64,000 bases of DNA from Leptolyngbyaceae cyanobacterium (GCA_050331235.1 JBHJHA010000017.1:61948-125947); one strand, 5' to 3'; shown: positions 44,744 to 57,629, counted from the first letter of the stretch. The notes: generated by a model not told the origin, from the sequence alone. Numbers and translations are program-made.

Positions 44744-44772
44744 CCCAAAAGACTCAATAAGTTATTAAGCAA

Positions 44773-46614
44773 CTAAACAAGAGGAGCCATCTTAACCGGA
44801 TTAGTTGTCAACAATTCCTGTAACTCTTCAGAGTCAACAGTCTCTTTCTCAACGAGCATATCAGCCAGCTTATCGAGAATATTGCGGTTCTCGACGAGCA
44901 CCTGCTTAGCCCGAGAGTAAGCCTGATCAACCAGTTGACGGACTTCTGAGTCGATGATGGCAGCCGTTTCTTCAGAGAAGTCACGCTCAGCCGTAATGTC
45001 TCGACCTAAGAACATATTGCCTTGTTGACGGCCCAAAGCTACAGGACCCAGTTCACCGCTCATGCCAAAGCGGGTAATCATCTGGCGGGCAACACGAGCC
45101 ACCTGCTGGAGGTCGTTCGAGGCCCCAGTGGTAACTTCTTCGTTGCCGTAAACAATTTCCTCAGCGATGCGGCCACCCAGAGCTACAGCCATTTGGTTTT
45201 GCAAATAGGCTCGGGAATAGAGACCAGACTCTAGGCGCTCTTCGCTCGGGGTGAACCAAGTCAAACCGCCGGCTCGGCCTCGGGGAATGATGCTGATTTT
45301 TTGTACTGGATCGTAATCAGGCATGAGGGCACCCACCAATGCATGACCTGCTTCGTGATAAGCAACCAGCTCTTTCCGCTTCTCGCTCATCACGCGATCC
45401 TTCTTCTCAGGACCAGCCAAGACTCGATCAATTGCGTCGTTGACCTCATCCATCGAGATTTCGGTCAAGTTACGACGAGCGGCAAGAATTGCTGCCTCAT
45501 TTAATAAATTAGAGAGGTCTGCTCCAGTGAAGCCAGGTGTCCGGCGAGCAATCTTGTCAAGATCGACATCTTTGGCAAAGGTTTTGCCTCGGGCGTGGAC
45601 TTGCAAGATTTCCGAACGGCCAGCAAAGTCTGGGCGATCAACCACCACCTGGCGGTCGAAACGTCCAGGGCGCAAGAGCGCAGAGTCCAGCACGTCAGGC
45701 CGGTTGGTGGCAGCAATGATGATGATGCCGGTATTGCCCTCAAAACCATCCATCTCAGTGAGGAGCTGGTTCAGGGTTTGCTCACGCTCGTCATTACCGC
45801 CACCGAGACCAGCACCCCGTTGACGACCAACGGCGTCGATCTCGTCGATAAAGACGATGCAGGGAGCATTATTTTTCGCCTGCTCAAATAGGTCACGTAC
45901 CCGGGAAGCACCAACACCCACGAACATTTCTACAAACTCAGAACCGGAGATGGAGAAGAAAGGCACGCCCGCTTCACCAGCTACAGCTCGAGCCAATAGT
46001 GTCTTGCCCGTTCCAGGCGGCCCGACCAGCAGTACTCCCTTGGGAATCTTGGCCCCGACGGCGGTAAAGCGGTCAGCATTTTTCAAGAAGTCCACAACTT
46101 CGGTTAATTCGAGTTTGGCCTGCTCAATGCCGGCAACATCGCCAAAGGTGACCTGGGTTTGCGGCTCCATCTGGACCCGAGCTTTGGACTTACCAAAGTT
46201 CATGGCCTGGTTGCCGGGACCGCTTTGGGCTCGCCGGAGGACGAAAAAGAGGACAACTAGCAGTAGTACCGGAATCAGCAGAGTGCTGAAGAGCCTAACC
46301 AAGACACTGTCGTCGTTTTGGGGATAAACCGCGATGTCAACGTCGTTGGTTTCGAGGGTGTTAATCAGATCAGGGTCGTTGGGCAGGTTGACGGTCACCT
46401 GACCGTTGCCAGCCGGATCTGAGAAGCGGGCGCGAGACCGATCAGCACTGATGCTGACGCGCTCAATTTGGTTATTCTCAACGGCATCGAGGAATTGACT
46501 ATAGCGCCAAGTCTGTGACTCTTGCCCTGAGTTGTCGAAAATTGCAGTTGCTAGAGCAATAACGACTACGACGAGTAGTGCGTATAGCCCAGCATTTCTC
46601 CACCGTTTATTCAC
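44773..46614 (-). CDS. ftsH3: ATP-dependent zinc metalloprotease FtsH3
   Basis: [15 protein letters not shown]-terminus, [23 protein letters not shown]. Confidence 0.9.
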   Translation of the reverse strand: MNKRWRNAGLYALLVVVVIALATAIFDNSGQESQTWRYSQFLDAVENNQIERVSISADRSRARFSDPAGNGQVTVNLPNDPDLINTLETNDVDIAVYPQNDDSVLVRLFSTLLIPVLLLVVLFFVLRRAQSGPGNQAMNFGKSKARVQMEPQTQVTFGDVAGIEQAKLELTEVVDFLKNADRFTAVGAKIPKGVLLVGPPGTGKTLLARAVAGEAGVPFFSISGSEFVEMFVGVGASRVRDLFEQAKNNAPCIVFIDEIDAVGRQRGAGLGGGNDEREQTLNQLLTEMDGFEGNTGIIIIAATNRPDVLDSALLRPGRFDRQVVVDRPDFAGRSEILQVHARGKTFAKDVDLDKIARRTPGFTGADLSNLLNEAAILAARRNLTEISMDEVNDAIDRVLAGPEKKDRVMSEKRKELVAYHEAGHALVGALMPDYDPVQKISIIPRGRAGGLTWFTPSEERLESGLYSRAYLQNQMAVALGGRIAEEIVYGNEEVTTGASNDLQQVARVARQMITRFGMSGELGPVALGRQQGNMFLGRDITAERDFSEETAAIIDSEVRQLVDQAYSRAKQVLVENRNILDKLADMLVEKETVDSEELQELLTTNPVKMAPLV

Positions 46615-46731
46615 GGGGCCGTGCCTCCAAATACATCAGAAAATTTACATCTTCTATCAAGGGACTGAGGTTATCTTTGTCTCACTTGCTAGCTGGATAT
46701 AAAACAAGGAAATCCTAATTGAAAGACTCAA

Positions 46732-46759
46732 GTATTAAAATATGTTAACGCATCTTCAG
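46732..46759 (-). promoter_or_regulatory. HLR1-like (RpaB) direct repeat upstream of ftsH3
   Basis: Minus strand GTTAACAT-AT-TTTAATAC; same spacing as the ftsH2 motif. Confidence 0.5.
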
Positions 46760-46774
46760 GATTCAGGGAGCAAC

Positions 46775-47593
46775 TTACCGCCAAGCAGCGGTAAGTTGCG
46801 CTGTTTTTTCATGATCTGGATTGTAGTTCACCGAGGAATGTCCTTGCAGGATTGTGTGAATGGGTGTGACTTCGACGACGCTGCTGCTGTAAGCCAGATA
46901 GGTGAATTGCAAAATTAGCTCAGGCGTCCAGAGTGCAACCTGGACGGTGCTTTGCTGTGCCTGTAATCCCTGTAGCAGGCGCGATCGCAGGGTACCCGGC
47001 AAAATGCCAGCCGCTAAAGGTGGTGTGTACCACTGACCACGGGCCCATCCCCAGAGATTGCCGGTACTGGTCTCTAGCCAATGCCCCCGTGCGTCAATGA
47101 GAATGGCTTCTTGGGCGTGAGCTCGCTGTGCTGCTTGACGAGCCAGCCAGCAGCTTAAATAGTTACCAGTTTTGTGAGCAGCGAGGGAGCGGCGGAACTC
47201 GGGGGAATCGGCCACCCAAGCAGTAATGCCCTGATGTTGCCTAGCCACCAGTCCTTCGGGGAGCGATCGCCCCATAATGAGCTCACGACCATCGGGAAAT
47301 AGGGTGATGCGCAGCACCGGATAATGACGAGCCAGCAGATCCGCCCCTCGTTGTATCTGATTCCAGTTAGGATCCGCCCAATGAAATGCCTGTAGTGACT
47401 GTGTCAGGCGATGGATATGACCGTTCCAGGCAGTCCAAGGGTGCGTGAGAGAGTGCTCGTAAACCCGCAAAGTAGTGAATACCGTAGCACCAAACAGCAG
47501 CCCCGGATCTTGATAAGACAGTGTCAGGGTTTTCTGCTCGCTCGGTTCACCGTTGTACCAGTACTGAGGATGGGACACTGTCTTGGAGGTCAT
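46775..47593 (-). CDS. Aminotransferase class IV (4-amino-4-deoxychorismate lyase-like)
   Basis: GLLFGATVFTTLR, HKTGNY, ETSTGN, GILPG. Confidence 0.85.
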   Translation of the reverse strand: MTSKTVSHPQYWYNGEPSEQKTLTLSYQDPGLLFGATVFTTLRVYEHSLTHPWTAWNGHIHRLTQSLQAFHWADPNWNQIQRGADLLARHYPVLRITLFPDGRELIMGRSLPEGLVARQHQGITAWVADSPEFRRSLAAHKTGNYLSCWLARQAAQRAHAQEAILIDARGHWLETSTGNLWGWARGQWYTPPLAAGILPGTLRSRLLQGLQAQQSTVQVALWTPELILQFTYLAYSSSVVEVTPIHTILQGHSSVNYNPDHEKTAQLTAAWR

Positions 47594-47741
47594 CAGCCGG
47601 GTTTAAATGCATCTCTCATTGATAGCAGAATATATCCCTTAACTCAGATGTCAGAACGGTAAAGGCTGAGCCACTTTATTCTCAGTAATGTCGTTACCCT
47701 GCAAAGCAACCACAACCGCACTGGTTGGCAGAGGAGGTTTC

Positions 47742-48524
47742 ATGCTGCCGGACAATCTCAAAGCTGTGAACGGTTTACTACTTGACCTCAATGGGGTTTT
47801 TTACGTCGGCAACCGACCTTTGCCAGGGGCGTCAGCCGCGATCGCCGCCATTCAGCACAGCGGTTTACCTTACCGTTACGTCACCAACAACACGACTCAG
47901 TCCACCCAGTCGATGAGCCACAGCTTGCAGGCGATGGGCCTAGCGATCGCCCCACAGGAGATCATCACTGCGGCTTATGCAGCTGTGATGCATCTCCGCC
48001 AAATGGGACAGCCCAAGATTTATCCGCTGGTAGCAGAAGACGCGAAAGCCGATTTTGCTGAGTTTATTTGGTCTGATACGGATGCTGACGTCATTGTGGT
48101 TGGCGATATTGGTGATGATTGGAACTATCGCCTGATGAACCGAGCCTTTTGCCTGATGATGAAAGGGGCTCAACTATTGGCGTTGCATCGCGGCAAATAT
48201 TGGCAATGGGAAGCCGGTCTGCAGCTTGACATCGGCGCTTTTGTGGCGGGACTAGAATATGCCACAGATCAGACAGCTACCGTGGCCGGCAAGCCCAATC
48301 CAACCTTTTACCAAATTGCTTTGAGGGAGATGGGGTTGCCCGCAGAGCAGGTGATCATGTTAGGTGACGATCTTGAGGCCGATGTCAAAGGTGCGCTAGG
48401 TGTAGGCATGAAGGCAATTTTGGTGAAAACGGGTAAGTATCGCCCCCAGTTAGCCGCCAATATGAATATCACACCCGATGGCGAACTTGAGCAAATTGGG
48501 GCGATCGCGGACTGGTTTACCTAA
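47742..48524 (+). CDS. HAD-IIA family hydrolase (LHPP/HDHD2-like)
   Basis: LLDLNGV, VTNNT, GKPN, MLGDDLEADVKGA, VKTGKYR. Confidence 0.88.
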   Translation: MLPDNLKAVNGLLLDLNGVFYVGNRPLPGASAAIAAIQHSGLPYRYVTNNTTQSTQSMSHSLQAMGLAIAPQEIITAAYAAVMHLRQMGQPKIYPLVAEDAKADFAEFIWSDTDADVIVVGDIGDDWNYRLMNRAFCLMMKGAQLLALHRGKYWQWEAGLQLDIGAFVAGLEYATDQTATVAGKPNPTFYQIALREMGLPAEQVIMLGDDLEADVKGALGVGMKAILVKTGKYRPQLAANMNITPDGELEQIGAIADWFT

Positions 48525-48805
48525 ATATCCATCGAGAAATAGACGCTGGGACACATCGCAAAGTTTCTATATGCTGACAGAGCTAAGTGGCCATTTAGCT
48601 TGTTGAAGAGAGGGGCCTATGCAGTGCTGGCCCTTTCCCCGAGGTTTAGTCATGCCAGCCTGCAAATTTTGAGACACAAATGGCTGGAGAATTTTTATGG
48701 TGTCTCTAACTCGGTCAACAATTCACGGTTGCCTCTTTCTGCCTCTTCCAACGAAGAATAAATGCTGAATTCAATCGGGGTCAAGACGCAACGGTGAAGT
48801 GCTTT

Positions 48806-48918
48806 ATGCTAATTCTCTATAATAGCGCTATAGCATTGAAGATGCCCCGCTGTCGCTGTCCCCTTGAAAAAGGGGCTTTGAATAATCTATGGGTAGTCGT
48901 GATTCGCAGAAATAGTAT
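48806..48918 (-). repeat. ~113-bp MITE-like dispersed repeat, copy 4
   Basis: ATGCTAATTCTCTATAAT...CCCCGCTGTCGCTGTCCCCTTGAAAAAGGGG...ATCTATGGGTAGTCGTGATTCGCAGAAATAGTAT. Confidence 0.88.
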
Positions 48919-49357
48919 TACCTCTACTGAGCACCTGCTAGGCAAGAACCTGTCAGCTGAGGGCTAGAGATAACCGATCTCTAAAGGGATTGAAAGGCGA
49001 TCGCTGCCTGCCTGGAAAATCCTTAGAATCAAATCTGTCGAATTCGACAGCTCGGTAGCCCAAGGTCCCTCTCAAGGTGACCAGCTTGTCGAGTCTTTCG
49101 CGCTAAATTTGCAAGGCAATGTCACATCCAAATCATCAGGTCTACGGCTACCTAGCGAGCTTCGACCTACTGCACGGGCTGAAATTTGCGATCGCAATAT
49201 TGCCTAAACGTACTGGGGCCGGCACTAAAAAGCTATGCGCAGCTATCTGCCCCTGGTGGTGACTTGCGATGTTATTTGGAACATTTTCAGAGGGCAAAAA
49301 CTTCTCCAGCCATCACTTGCGTCTCAAGTAACGATTGGGCTGTGACAACGGGACCTA

Positions 49358-49600
49358 TCAATCCAATTGCAAAGCGGGTGACTCTGTTGGTGGTGCTGGT
49401 TCCACCGGAGGACTATAGCGGGCAGCGTTGATCCAAATGATCGAGATCAATAACCCTACGCCGCAACCAACTAAGAAGATCCAACCGTGGGAGGGCTCCA
49501 GAACACAGAGCAAACGACGATTGCTGCCATACACTTGTACGACCCACCCCTCATCTGCATCCAACTTTGGTTGTGATTGCCTTGATTCATGTTTGGGCAC
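49358..49600 (-). CDS. Small membrane hypothetical protein
   Basis: GWVVQVY..RRLLCVLEPSHGW followed by a TM helix; GGAG-like RBS; GTG start. Confidence 0.55.
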   Translation of the reverse strand: MPKHESRQSQPKLDADEGWVVQVYGSNRRLLCVLEPSHGWIFLVGCGVGLLISIIWINAARYSPPVEPAPPTESPALQLD

Positions 49601-50089
49601 TGTTCTCGCTCCATCTGATGATGTATATCGCTGACGGGTTAATGCTCGGATGGCACGGATACCCGTGAACAGTTACCCGCGCAGCGTACGTCAGCTTTAG
49701 GACCGTAATCGAGTCTTCAATCTGCCGCTCGAGAATAGACCTAAGTCTATGTATACAAGGGTAACTATTTCTTTAAGTTTATGGAAACCTCACGCAATCA
49801 GGGGCGTTTTTTGCGAGAAATTGGCTAAGACTTACCAAATTATTTGATAGCCCCAGCTTATGAATCAAGTCGATGCAGTCGCATACCCTTATTCTTGCAA
49901 GCTCACAGCCATTGAAAGGTTGCAAACACAGTCGGTCCCAGGTGCTGTGATCGCTCTGTTTAGGGAAGATGCGACTCTATCTTTGCTAGCCCTGCTCTAA
50001 CTTAAGGGGCATGTTCCCTCAGAGAATTTCTGACCGCCCCAGACAATGGCAAAATAGGGCAAGTGATGCACCTGAATTACGGGGAACCT

Positions 50090-50839
50090 TTGACTATGCA
50101 AGCCAAGCTTCAAACGGCATTTGCCCAAGGCCAAGCGCTCAAAATTATTAGTGGCCTTACCAACTTTGACCACGATCTCGTAGCTGCGATCGTCCGTGCC
50201 GCCGACCAGGGCGGGGCCACCTTTCTAGATATCGCTGCGGATGCGAGCCTTGTGCAAGTGGCAAAAGCATTAACCGATTTGCCGATTTGCGTTTCCGCGG
50301 TTGAGGCCGAGGCGTTCATCGAGCCCGTTGCAGCGGGAGCCGATTTGATTGAAATCGGCAACTTTGATGCCTTTTATGCCCAGGGTCTGCGGTTTGAAGC
50401 TGATGAGGTGCTAACCCTAACCCAGCGAACCCGCGAACTCTTGCCGCAAATCACGCTGTCTGTCACCGTGCCCCACATTTTGGCCTTGGACGAGCAGGTC
50501 GCCCTAGCAGAAGCCCTAGTGGCCGCAGGCGCGGACATCATTCAGACCGAAGGCGGCACGAGCAGCGCTCCCACCCATGGTGGCACCCTTGGCCTGATTG
50601 AAAAAGCGGCGCCAACTCTAGCTGCAGCGCGAGAAATCTCCCGTATGGTCTCCGTGCCTGTGCTCTGCGCATCGGGAATATCTGACGTTACAGCACCCAT
50701 GGCGATCGCTGCCGGGGCCGCTGGCATTGGGGTCGGCTCTGCCGTCAATAAGCTCGATAGCGAACTTGCTATGGTTGCCGTCGTTCGCAGTTTGGCCGAA
50801 GCGCTCCAAACCGTTCGCTTGGCAACTGCTGCCCAGTAA
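50090..50839 (+). CDS. ycf23: DUF561 / Ycf23 family protein
   Basis: LKIISGLTNFD, IEIGNFDAFY, LSVTVPH, IIQTEGG, GLIEKAAPTL. Confidence 0.9.
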   Translation: MTMQAKLQTAFAQGQALKIISGLTNFDHDLVAAIVRAADQGGATFLDIAADASLVQVAKALTDLPICVSAVEAEAFIEPVAAGADLIEIGNFDAFYAQGLRFEADEVLTLTQRTRELLPQITLSVTVPHILALDEQVALAEALVAAGADIIQTEGGTSSAPTHGGTLGLIEKAAPTLAAAREISRMVSVPVLCASGISDVTAPMAIAAGAAGIGVGSAVNKLDSELAMVAVVRSLAEALQTVRLATAAQ

Positions 50840-50865
50840 TCGGCTAGTACAACTTACTCGTGAAT

Positions 50866-50895
50866 GGGGTCGGCTGCGGTCGGCCCTGAATTTTT
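50866..50895 (+). terminator. Terminator of ycf23
   Basis: GGGGTCGGCT-GC-GGTCGGCCCT then GAATTTTT. Confidence 0.55.
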
Positions 50896-50898
50896 AAC

Positions 50899-50972
50899 AA
50901 AAAAAAGCCCAGCGTCTGCCGGGCTCAAACTTATCGGTTTAATTCAAGTTTTGAATTTATCGGTTTGATTTA
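50899..50972 (-). ncRNA. Candidate small RNA with two AAACCGAUAA motifs
   Basis: Minus strand: TAGATT -10-like box, AAACCGATA-[AATTCAA-AAC-TTGAATT hairpin]-AAACCGATAA, then terminator AGCCCGGC-AGAC-GCTGGGCT-T-tract. Confidence 0.5.
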
Positions 50973-51149
50973 AGTAAATCTATAGTTGCTGTCCACCTTA
51001 ACGCGCAAAACACTTAAGTGCCACCGCACCTCAAAGTCCGCAAACTTTCTTAATGCTTGGTCGATGCCACAGGCTTTCAGCGCAGTCGTCAAGCCATACA
51101 ACTGCGCTGGTCTTATGCACGAGCAGGCAAGCGTCTACTCCTGGCTCAA

Positions 51150-53231
<2,082 letters not shown>

Positions 53232-53476
53232 AAGCGTCTCAAGTTGCGTTGCAGGGGTGGTCAGATTTGATGGCTATTGTAGGGGGGCAGATTCGTTATC
53301 CAGGGATATCGATCGGCTTTTTCACCTTAGCTCATCGGTTCAGCCAGAGGTCAAAGGGCCATAAAGGAGCTAGCTGCCGCTCATAACCATATTCGTTATG
53401 AGTTTATTTTAGCCTGACTCCGATGCTCTGGGGGTCGTATAGAATGGCAGAGCGTTCTTTTTTGTTGATAGCCCCC

Positions 53477-53953
53477 ATGACTCTGAATGTTGGTGACCCG
53501 GCTCCTAGCTTTGAGCTTCCTGACGCCGAAGGTGACGTTGTGAAGTTGACGGATCTTCAGGGGCAATGGGTTGTGCTGTACTTCTATCCTCGCGACAATA
53601 CGCCCGGCTGCACAAAGGAAGCCTGTGGCTTTCGAGATATTTTCCGCGACTATCAAGACAGCGGTGTCAGGGTTTTGGGGGTTAGCACCGATGATGCTAA
53701 GTCTCACGCCAAATTTGCGAAAAAGTACGATTTGCCCTTTCCACTATTAGTTGATGCGGGGGGCGCGATCGCCAGTGAGTACGGCAGCTATGGGCTCAAA
53801 AAGTTCATGGGCAAAGAGTATATGGGTATCACCCGCAGCACTTTTATCATTGATCCGGATGGCAATCTGGCAAAAATTTATCGCAAAGTCAAGCCTGAGC
53901 CCCATGCCCAAGAGGTGCTTTCCGATATGGTTGAGTTATCAACCGATGGCTAG
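53477..53953 (+). CDS. bcp: Peroxiredoxin Q / BCP
   Basis: LYFYPRDNTPGCTKEAC, RSTFIID. Confidence 0.93.
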   Translation: MTLNVGDPAPSFELPDAEGDVVKLTDLQGQWVVLYFYPRDNTPGCTKEACGFRDIFRDYQDSGVRVLGVSTDDAKSHAKFAKKYDLPFPLLVDAGGAIASEYGSYGLKKFMGKEYMGITRSTFIIDPDGNLAKIYRKVKPEPHAQEVLSDMVELSTDG

Positions 53954-54422
53954 CAAACAGCGGGTAGGGCAACCCTGGTGGAGGGCTGTAAAAACCTTGC
54001 TAGGACTGCTGCTGAGGCGTCCCTTAGTCGGGGTTTGCGTAATCCCTATTTTACCCGATGGCACAGTGGTGCTGATGCAGCGTAAAGATTCGGGTCATTG
54101 GGGCTTTCCCGGCGGCTTGGTAGATTGGGGCGAAACCGTCACGATGGCCGCCCAACGAGAGTTGGCTGAAGAAACCGGGCTGACTATGACGCAGACGGGC
54201 CGCTTGGTGGGTGTCTATTCGTCTCCTGAACGCGATGATCGGTTCCACTCTATCTGTGTCACCCTCGAAGTTTATGCGACGGGTACTCCTCGCGTGAATG
54301 ATCCTAAAGAAGCCTTGGCAGTCAGTAGCTTTGAGTGGCGATCGCTCAAGTCATTGACACTTGCCCATGACCACGCTCAACATATGGAAGATTACCTAGC
54401 GAGTCGCACTGTCATTCTTTAG
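53946..54422 (+). CDS. NUDIX hydrolase
   Basis: PGGLVDWGETVTMAAQRELAEETGL Nudix box; overlaps the bcp stop by 8 nt. Confidence 0.9.
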   Translation: MASKQRVGQPWWRAVKTLLGLLLRRPLVGVCVIPILPDGTVVLMQRKDSGHWGFPGGLVDWGETVTMAAQRELAEETGLTMTQTGRLVGVYSSPERDDRFHSICVTLEVYATGTPRVNDPKEALAVSSFEWRSLKSLTLAHDHAQHMEDYLASRTVIL

Positions 54423-54667
54423 GTAAGGTCCTCTGTGCTGCCAGGGAGATGGCAAACGGGGGGAATGAAGATCCGGCCCCGTTTGCCCAACGCCTTTGTA
54501 CTGTCTTTGCTAGCCACCGCTTCCAACATCATGGTCGTTGATGTGATGGTGCTAAGGCAGCAGCGATCGCACTGCAATCTTTAAGCTTGTTGACCATTCA
54601 GATAATTTTAAGCAATCCCGACGAAGGGGAAAGCTAAACTCGAAAGAGATACTCTAGGGTTTCACCT

Positions 54668-55003
54668 ATGGCAATTCCTGCCGACTCTGGCTATCGCTGG
54701 CATGATGTCCTATCCCAACACGATCGCCTGAGACAGTTTAAGGCAACACTCCCCACAACGGTCAAAACCTGGCTCAACGCTTGTGAATGGACGCTGATCG
54801 CCGAAGCCGGGCAGTCGCGAGTTCCACTATTAGTGCTCCGGACTCCGGGCCGTATCCGCCTCAGGCACCCCGCTCTCCTGCAGCTTGCCGAAAGCGTTCA
54901 TAACACCTGGGGACCTGTCGACTTCTCTTTGTTTTCTGCAGAAACTCAGGAACCGGTCAAGGTACTCAGTCAAACACTGGTCGATTTCAGTCGTCATCAA
55001 TAA
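54668..55003 (+). CDS. Conserved hypothetical protein
   Basis: 111-aa ORF with plausible start; WLNACEW, LVLR.PGRIRL. Confidence 0.6.
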   Translation: MAIPADSGYRWHDVLSQHDRLRQFKATLPTTVKTWLNACEWTLIAEAGQSRVPLLVLRTPGRIRLRHPALLQLAESVHNTWGPVDFSLFSAETQEPVKVLSQTLVDFSRHQ

Positions 55004-55215
55004 CTTAGTTTGAGTGCAGCGACGGGCACCTCGTCCCACGACGCAACCGTGCGCATCTGAGACACCCAACCTGCCGCTCTCTGTTCGCTGCTAAGGTTGG
55101 CTGCAAAAGACTCGTGACAGGCGATCGCTTGCTGCTCGTTAGTACAGGCAATGCAGGAATAGACGATCCCGCAAGGATCAATTTGCTCGTTTACCCAAAT
55201 CACGCGATCAGCCAT
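54997..55215 (-). CDS. Small conserved cyanobacterial protein
   Basis: IWVNEQIDPCGIVYSCIAC...SWDEVPVAALKL. Confidence 0.7.
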   Translation of the reverse strand: MADRVIWVNEQIDPCGIVYSCIACTNEQQAIACHESFAANLSSEQRAAGWVSQMRTVASWDEVPVAALKLSY

Positions 55216-55358
55216 AACAGTGCAGTTGTGCTCTAATACTGCCTATTATTCTCTCACATTAGTCCTATCGACTCAGCGGATGCCTTCTCTCGATCAAGTC
55301 ACCCCCATAATGTAACCAGCGACGCCATGCATCACGTCGCCACTGCAGCAACGCCGAG

Positions 55359-57116
55359 CTATGCTGACATCGCCTCTGGGGCATCACTCATTGCTAAGGA
55401 CGAAACCAGTTGCTTCACTTCGGCGATCGCCTGCAGCTGATAGTCGCTTGCCTCTTGGAAGTGCGACAGCGATGCCGCAATGTCATCGAGCTTTTGGCGT
55501 ACACCATTGGTTTTCTCTTCGAGGGGCGCGGTCAATTCCTGCAGAAGCTGAATCCGACCTTCTAAGGCACCGATGTCGCCCCGCTTTTCTCTCAGCTGAG
55601 TGTCTTGGTGCGTGAGATCTTCACGGCCCGCCGCCAAATCGTTGACCTTGTGCTCAATTTCTTGCTTCAGCCCATCGATGTGAGACTGCGTTTCCTTAAT
55701 GTCAGTTTCCATTTGCTGGAGCTCTTCGGAGGTGTGTTGCCGCATCCCATCAACTTGTTTCAAGATGGGTTCCAAATCAACAATGCTCATGGGAGTTTCT
55801 TCGGCCGCCAGTCCCTGCCGCCGCCGCAGCACAGCCTGGTGCTGACTAAGCACTTCTTCCCGCTCGAGTAAGTTGCGCCGCTGCCCCACTAAGGTCTCAT
55901 TCAGCATTTGATAGCGGTCTTGTTCCTCAGCTAGTTCAGTTTCGAGCTGTAAACGGTCAAATTCACTGACCTGCTCCATACGCTGCTTCAGCTCGTCAAT
56001 CGCCTGCTGCTCAAGGTTCAGTTCTTCTTCTTGATCGTTGACAAAGCGGGAAACCTTTTCCAAATCTCTTTCTAGATCGGAGACCACCGTTTGCAATTCC
56101 TCAATGGGCAATGCATCTAGTGCAGCAACATCAACCTTGTTGCTGAGGCGTACCTTATCCGACGTATTTAGCAGTTCATATATCTGCTGATAGAGGTTGC
56201 TTTGGGACTGGAGCTGCTGTGATAGTGCTTGAACTCGGTTTTGCTTATTTGCTAAAACTTGCTGCTGTACTTTCAGTTCTGACTTCTGCGCATTGAGATT
56301 GGCTTCTGCTTCATGCCAACCATGCCAGTGACCTGATAGCGTTTCGATCTCTTGTTGCAGTTGGCTGCGTCGCGCTTCGAGCTCCTGCTGCTGCGCTTCT
56401 ATCGATTGCTGACGCTCGGTCAACAGAGCTTGCTGCTGATTGACTAAGTCGTAGGCAAGATTAAGCTGCTCGCGCATGCCCTCAGTCGGTGTGACCGCAC
56501 CGGTCAAGCGCTCCAATGCTTCTTGTAGCTGCTGAATCTGACCCTCATCGAGCCCAGCCGTTTGCGAAGCATCTTCTTGTCGCTCTTCAAACCGTCGAAT
56601 TTCGCCATTGAGATGGTTCCATGCCCCTTGGAGCTCTCCATGCTTGCGATCAAGGTCTTCTTTAAGCTCGTCAAGCTCTTGCTTAGCAGCTTCAATTTCT
56701 TGTCGCTGAGCATCTAGCTGCTCTAAGTCAGCCTCTGCCTGCTCGACTTGCTCTTGGCGAGTTTCTAGCTCAAGTTCCCGCCGGTTGAGCTCTTGACTCT
56801 GAAAGGTTAAGGATTGCTTCCACTGTTCAATCTCTTCTTCTTGAGATTTAGATTTCTTATTCTGATTGGAAAAGTTTTGAAGGATACCGACTAAGGGGCG
56901 ACCCGCGTCGTAATGCCGTTTAATCTGTCGGTTGTTGGTGAGCTCAACCATGACCAGCGCTCCCCCGTTGTAGGTAGCGTCGTCAGGAGCAGGGATAGTT
57001 TCATCGCCGGGTACGCCGGTCCAAATGTCACCACGCTGACACGCCAAAAGTTTGAAATCTGGCTTGCCGCCGCCCATGAATCCAGACTTTCTTTGAACCT
57101 CAGCCAGATAAAGCAC
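55359..57116 (-). CDS. hmpF: Pilus motility taxis protein HmpF (coiled coil)
   Basis: MLYLAEVQ N-terminus, KLLACQR, EEIEQWKQSLTFQSQELNRR, TLVGQRRNL. Confidence 0.85.
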   Translation of the reverse strand: MLYLAEVQRKSGFMGGGKPDFKLLACQRGDIWTGVPGDETIPAPDDATYNGGALVMVELTNNRQIKRHYDAGRPLVGILQNFSNQNKKSKSQEEEIEQWKQSLTFQSQELNRRELELETRQEQVEQAEADLEQLDAQRQEIEAAKQELDELKEDLDRKHGELQGAWNHLNGEIRRFEERQEDASQTAGLDEGQIQQLQEALERLTGAVTPTEGMREQLNLAYDLVNQQQALLTERQQSIEAQQQELEARRSQLQQEIETLSGHWHGWHEAEANLNAQKSELKVQQQVLANKQNRVQALSQQLQSQSNLYQQIYELLNTSDKVRLSNKVDVAALDALPIEELQTVVSDLERDLEKVSRFVNDQEEELNLEQQAIDELKQRMEQVSEFDRLQLETELAEEQDRYQMLNETLVGQRRNLLEREEVLSQHQAVLRRRQGLAAEETPMSIVDLEPILKQVDGMRQHTSEELQQMETDIKETQSHIDGLKQEIEHKVNDLAAGREDLTHQDTQLREKRGDIGALEGRIQLLQELTAPLEEKTNGVRQKLDDIAASLSHFQEASDYQLQAIAEVKQLVSSLAMSDAPEAMSA

Positions 57117-57629
57117 GCTTGATTTCCTCTTCCCGTATCGTGACCACTGAGTGCTTAGTACCTTGGGATCTCGCCATCATGAAACCGGTCTCACTGATTC
57201 ACACGGCTTGCTGTGATAGTCGATTACTCCTCAAGAAGCATCCCAAACTTGCCCTGTACTCGCAAGGGTATGAATCCCTTTCATCTGCCCTTAAGCTAAC
57301 CTATGTTGCCCAGGATAGGGGGAGCTCGCATCAGATCTATCGAATTGTCGACAATTGTATATGGCAAAGACTGATTTGGTACCTCGCTAAATGAATTGGC
57401 AGAGGGGTTAAGAGTACGTGTTTGACCGAGCCTTTCAGTCCCTTGGTGGGAGTTGCTGGTGCTACTTGGATGAGAGGATAGCTGTCGCATTCAAGCCAAA
57501 TCAATAGCGTCATACCTATACGGCTGAGATGATGGCATGCTCAAAAGTTCCTACAAAATATTGACAGCCCGCTAAACTGCTAGGTCTTGTGGCTTACAAC
57601 TAAGAGTAGTTGGCACGTTTAGTATATCC

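Noticed and set aside
41007..46327. Long plus-strand ORFs antisense to ftsH2, gltX and ftsH3 that resemble each other
   Set aside because: Shadow ORFs of conserved genes. Their similarity simply mirrors the FtsH paralogy.
50931..50975. Possible mini-CRISPR
   Set aside because: Only two 19-bp repeats separated by 7 bp, with no spacers and no cas genes.
54451..54487. 11-bp inverted repeat GGCAAACGGGG...CCCCGTTTGCC after the NUDIX gene
   Set aside because: Single copy, most simply a 3' stabilising or terminator-like hairpin.
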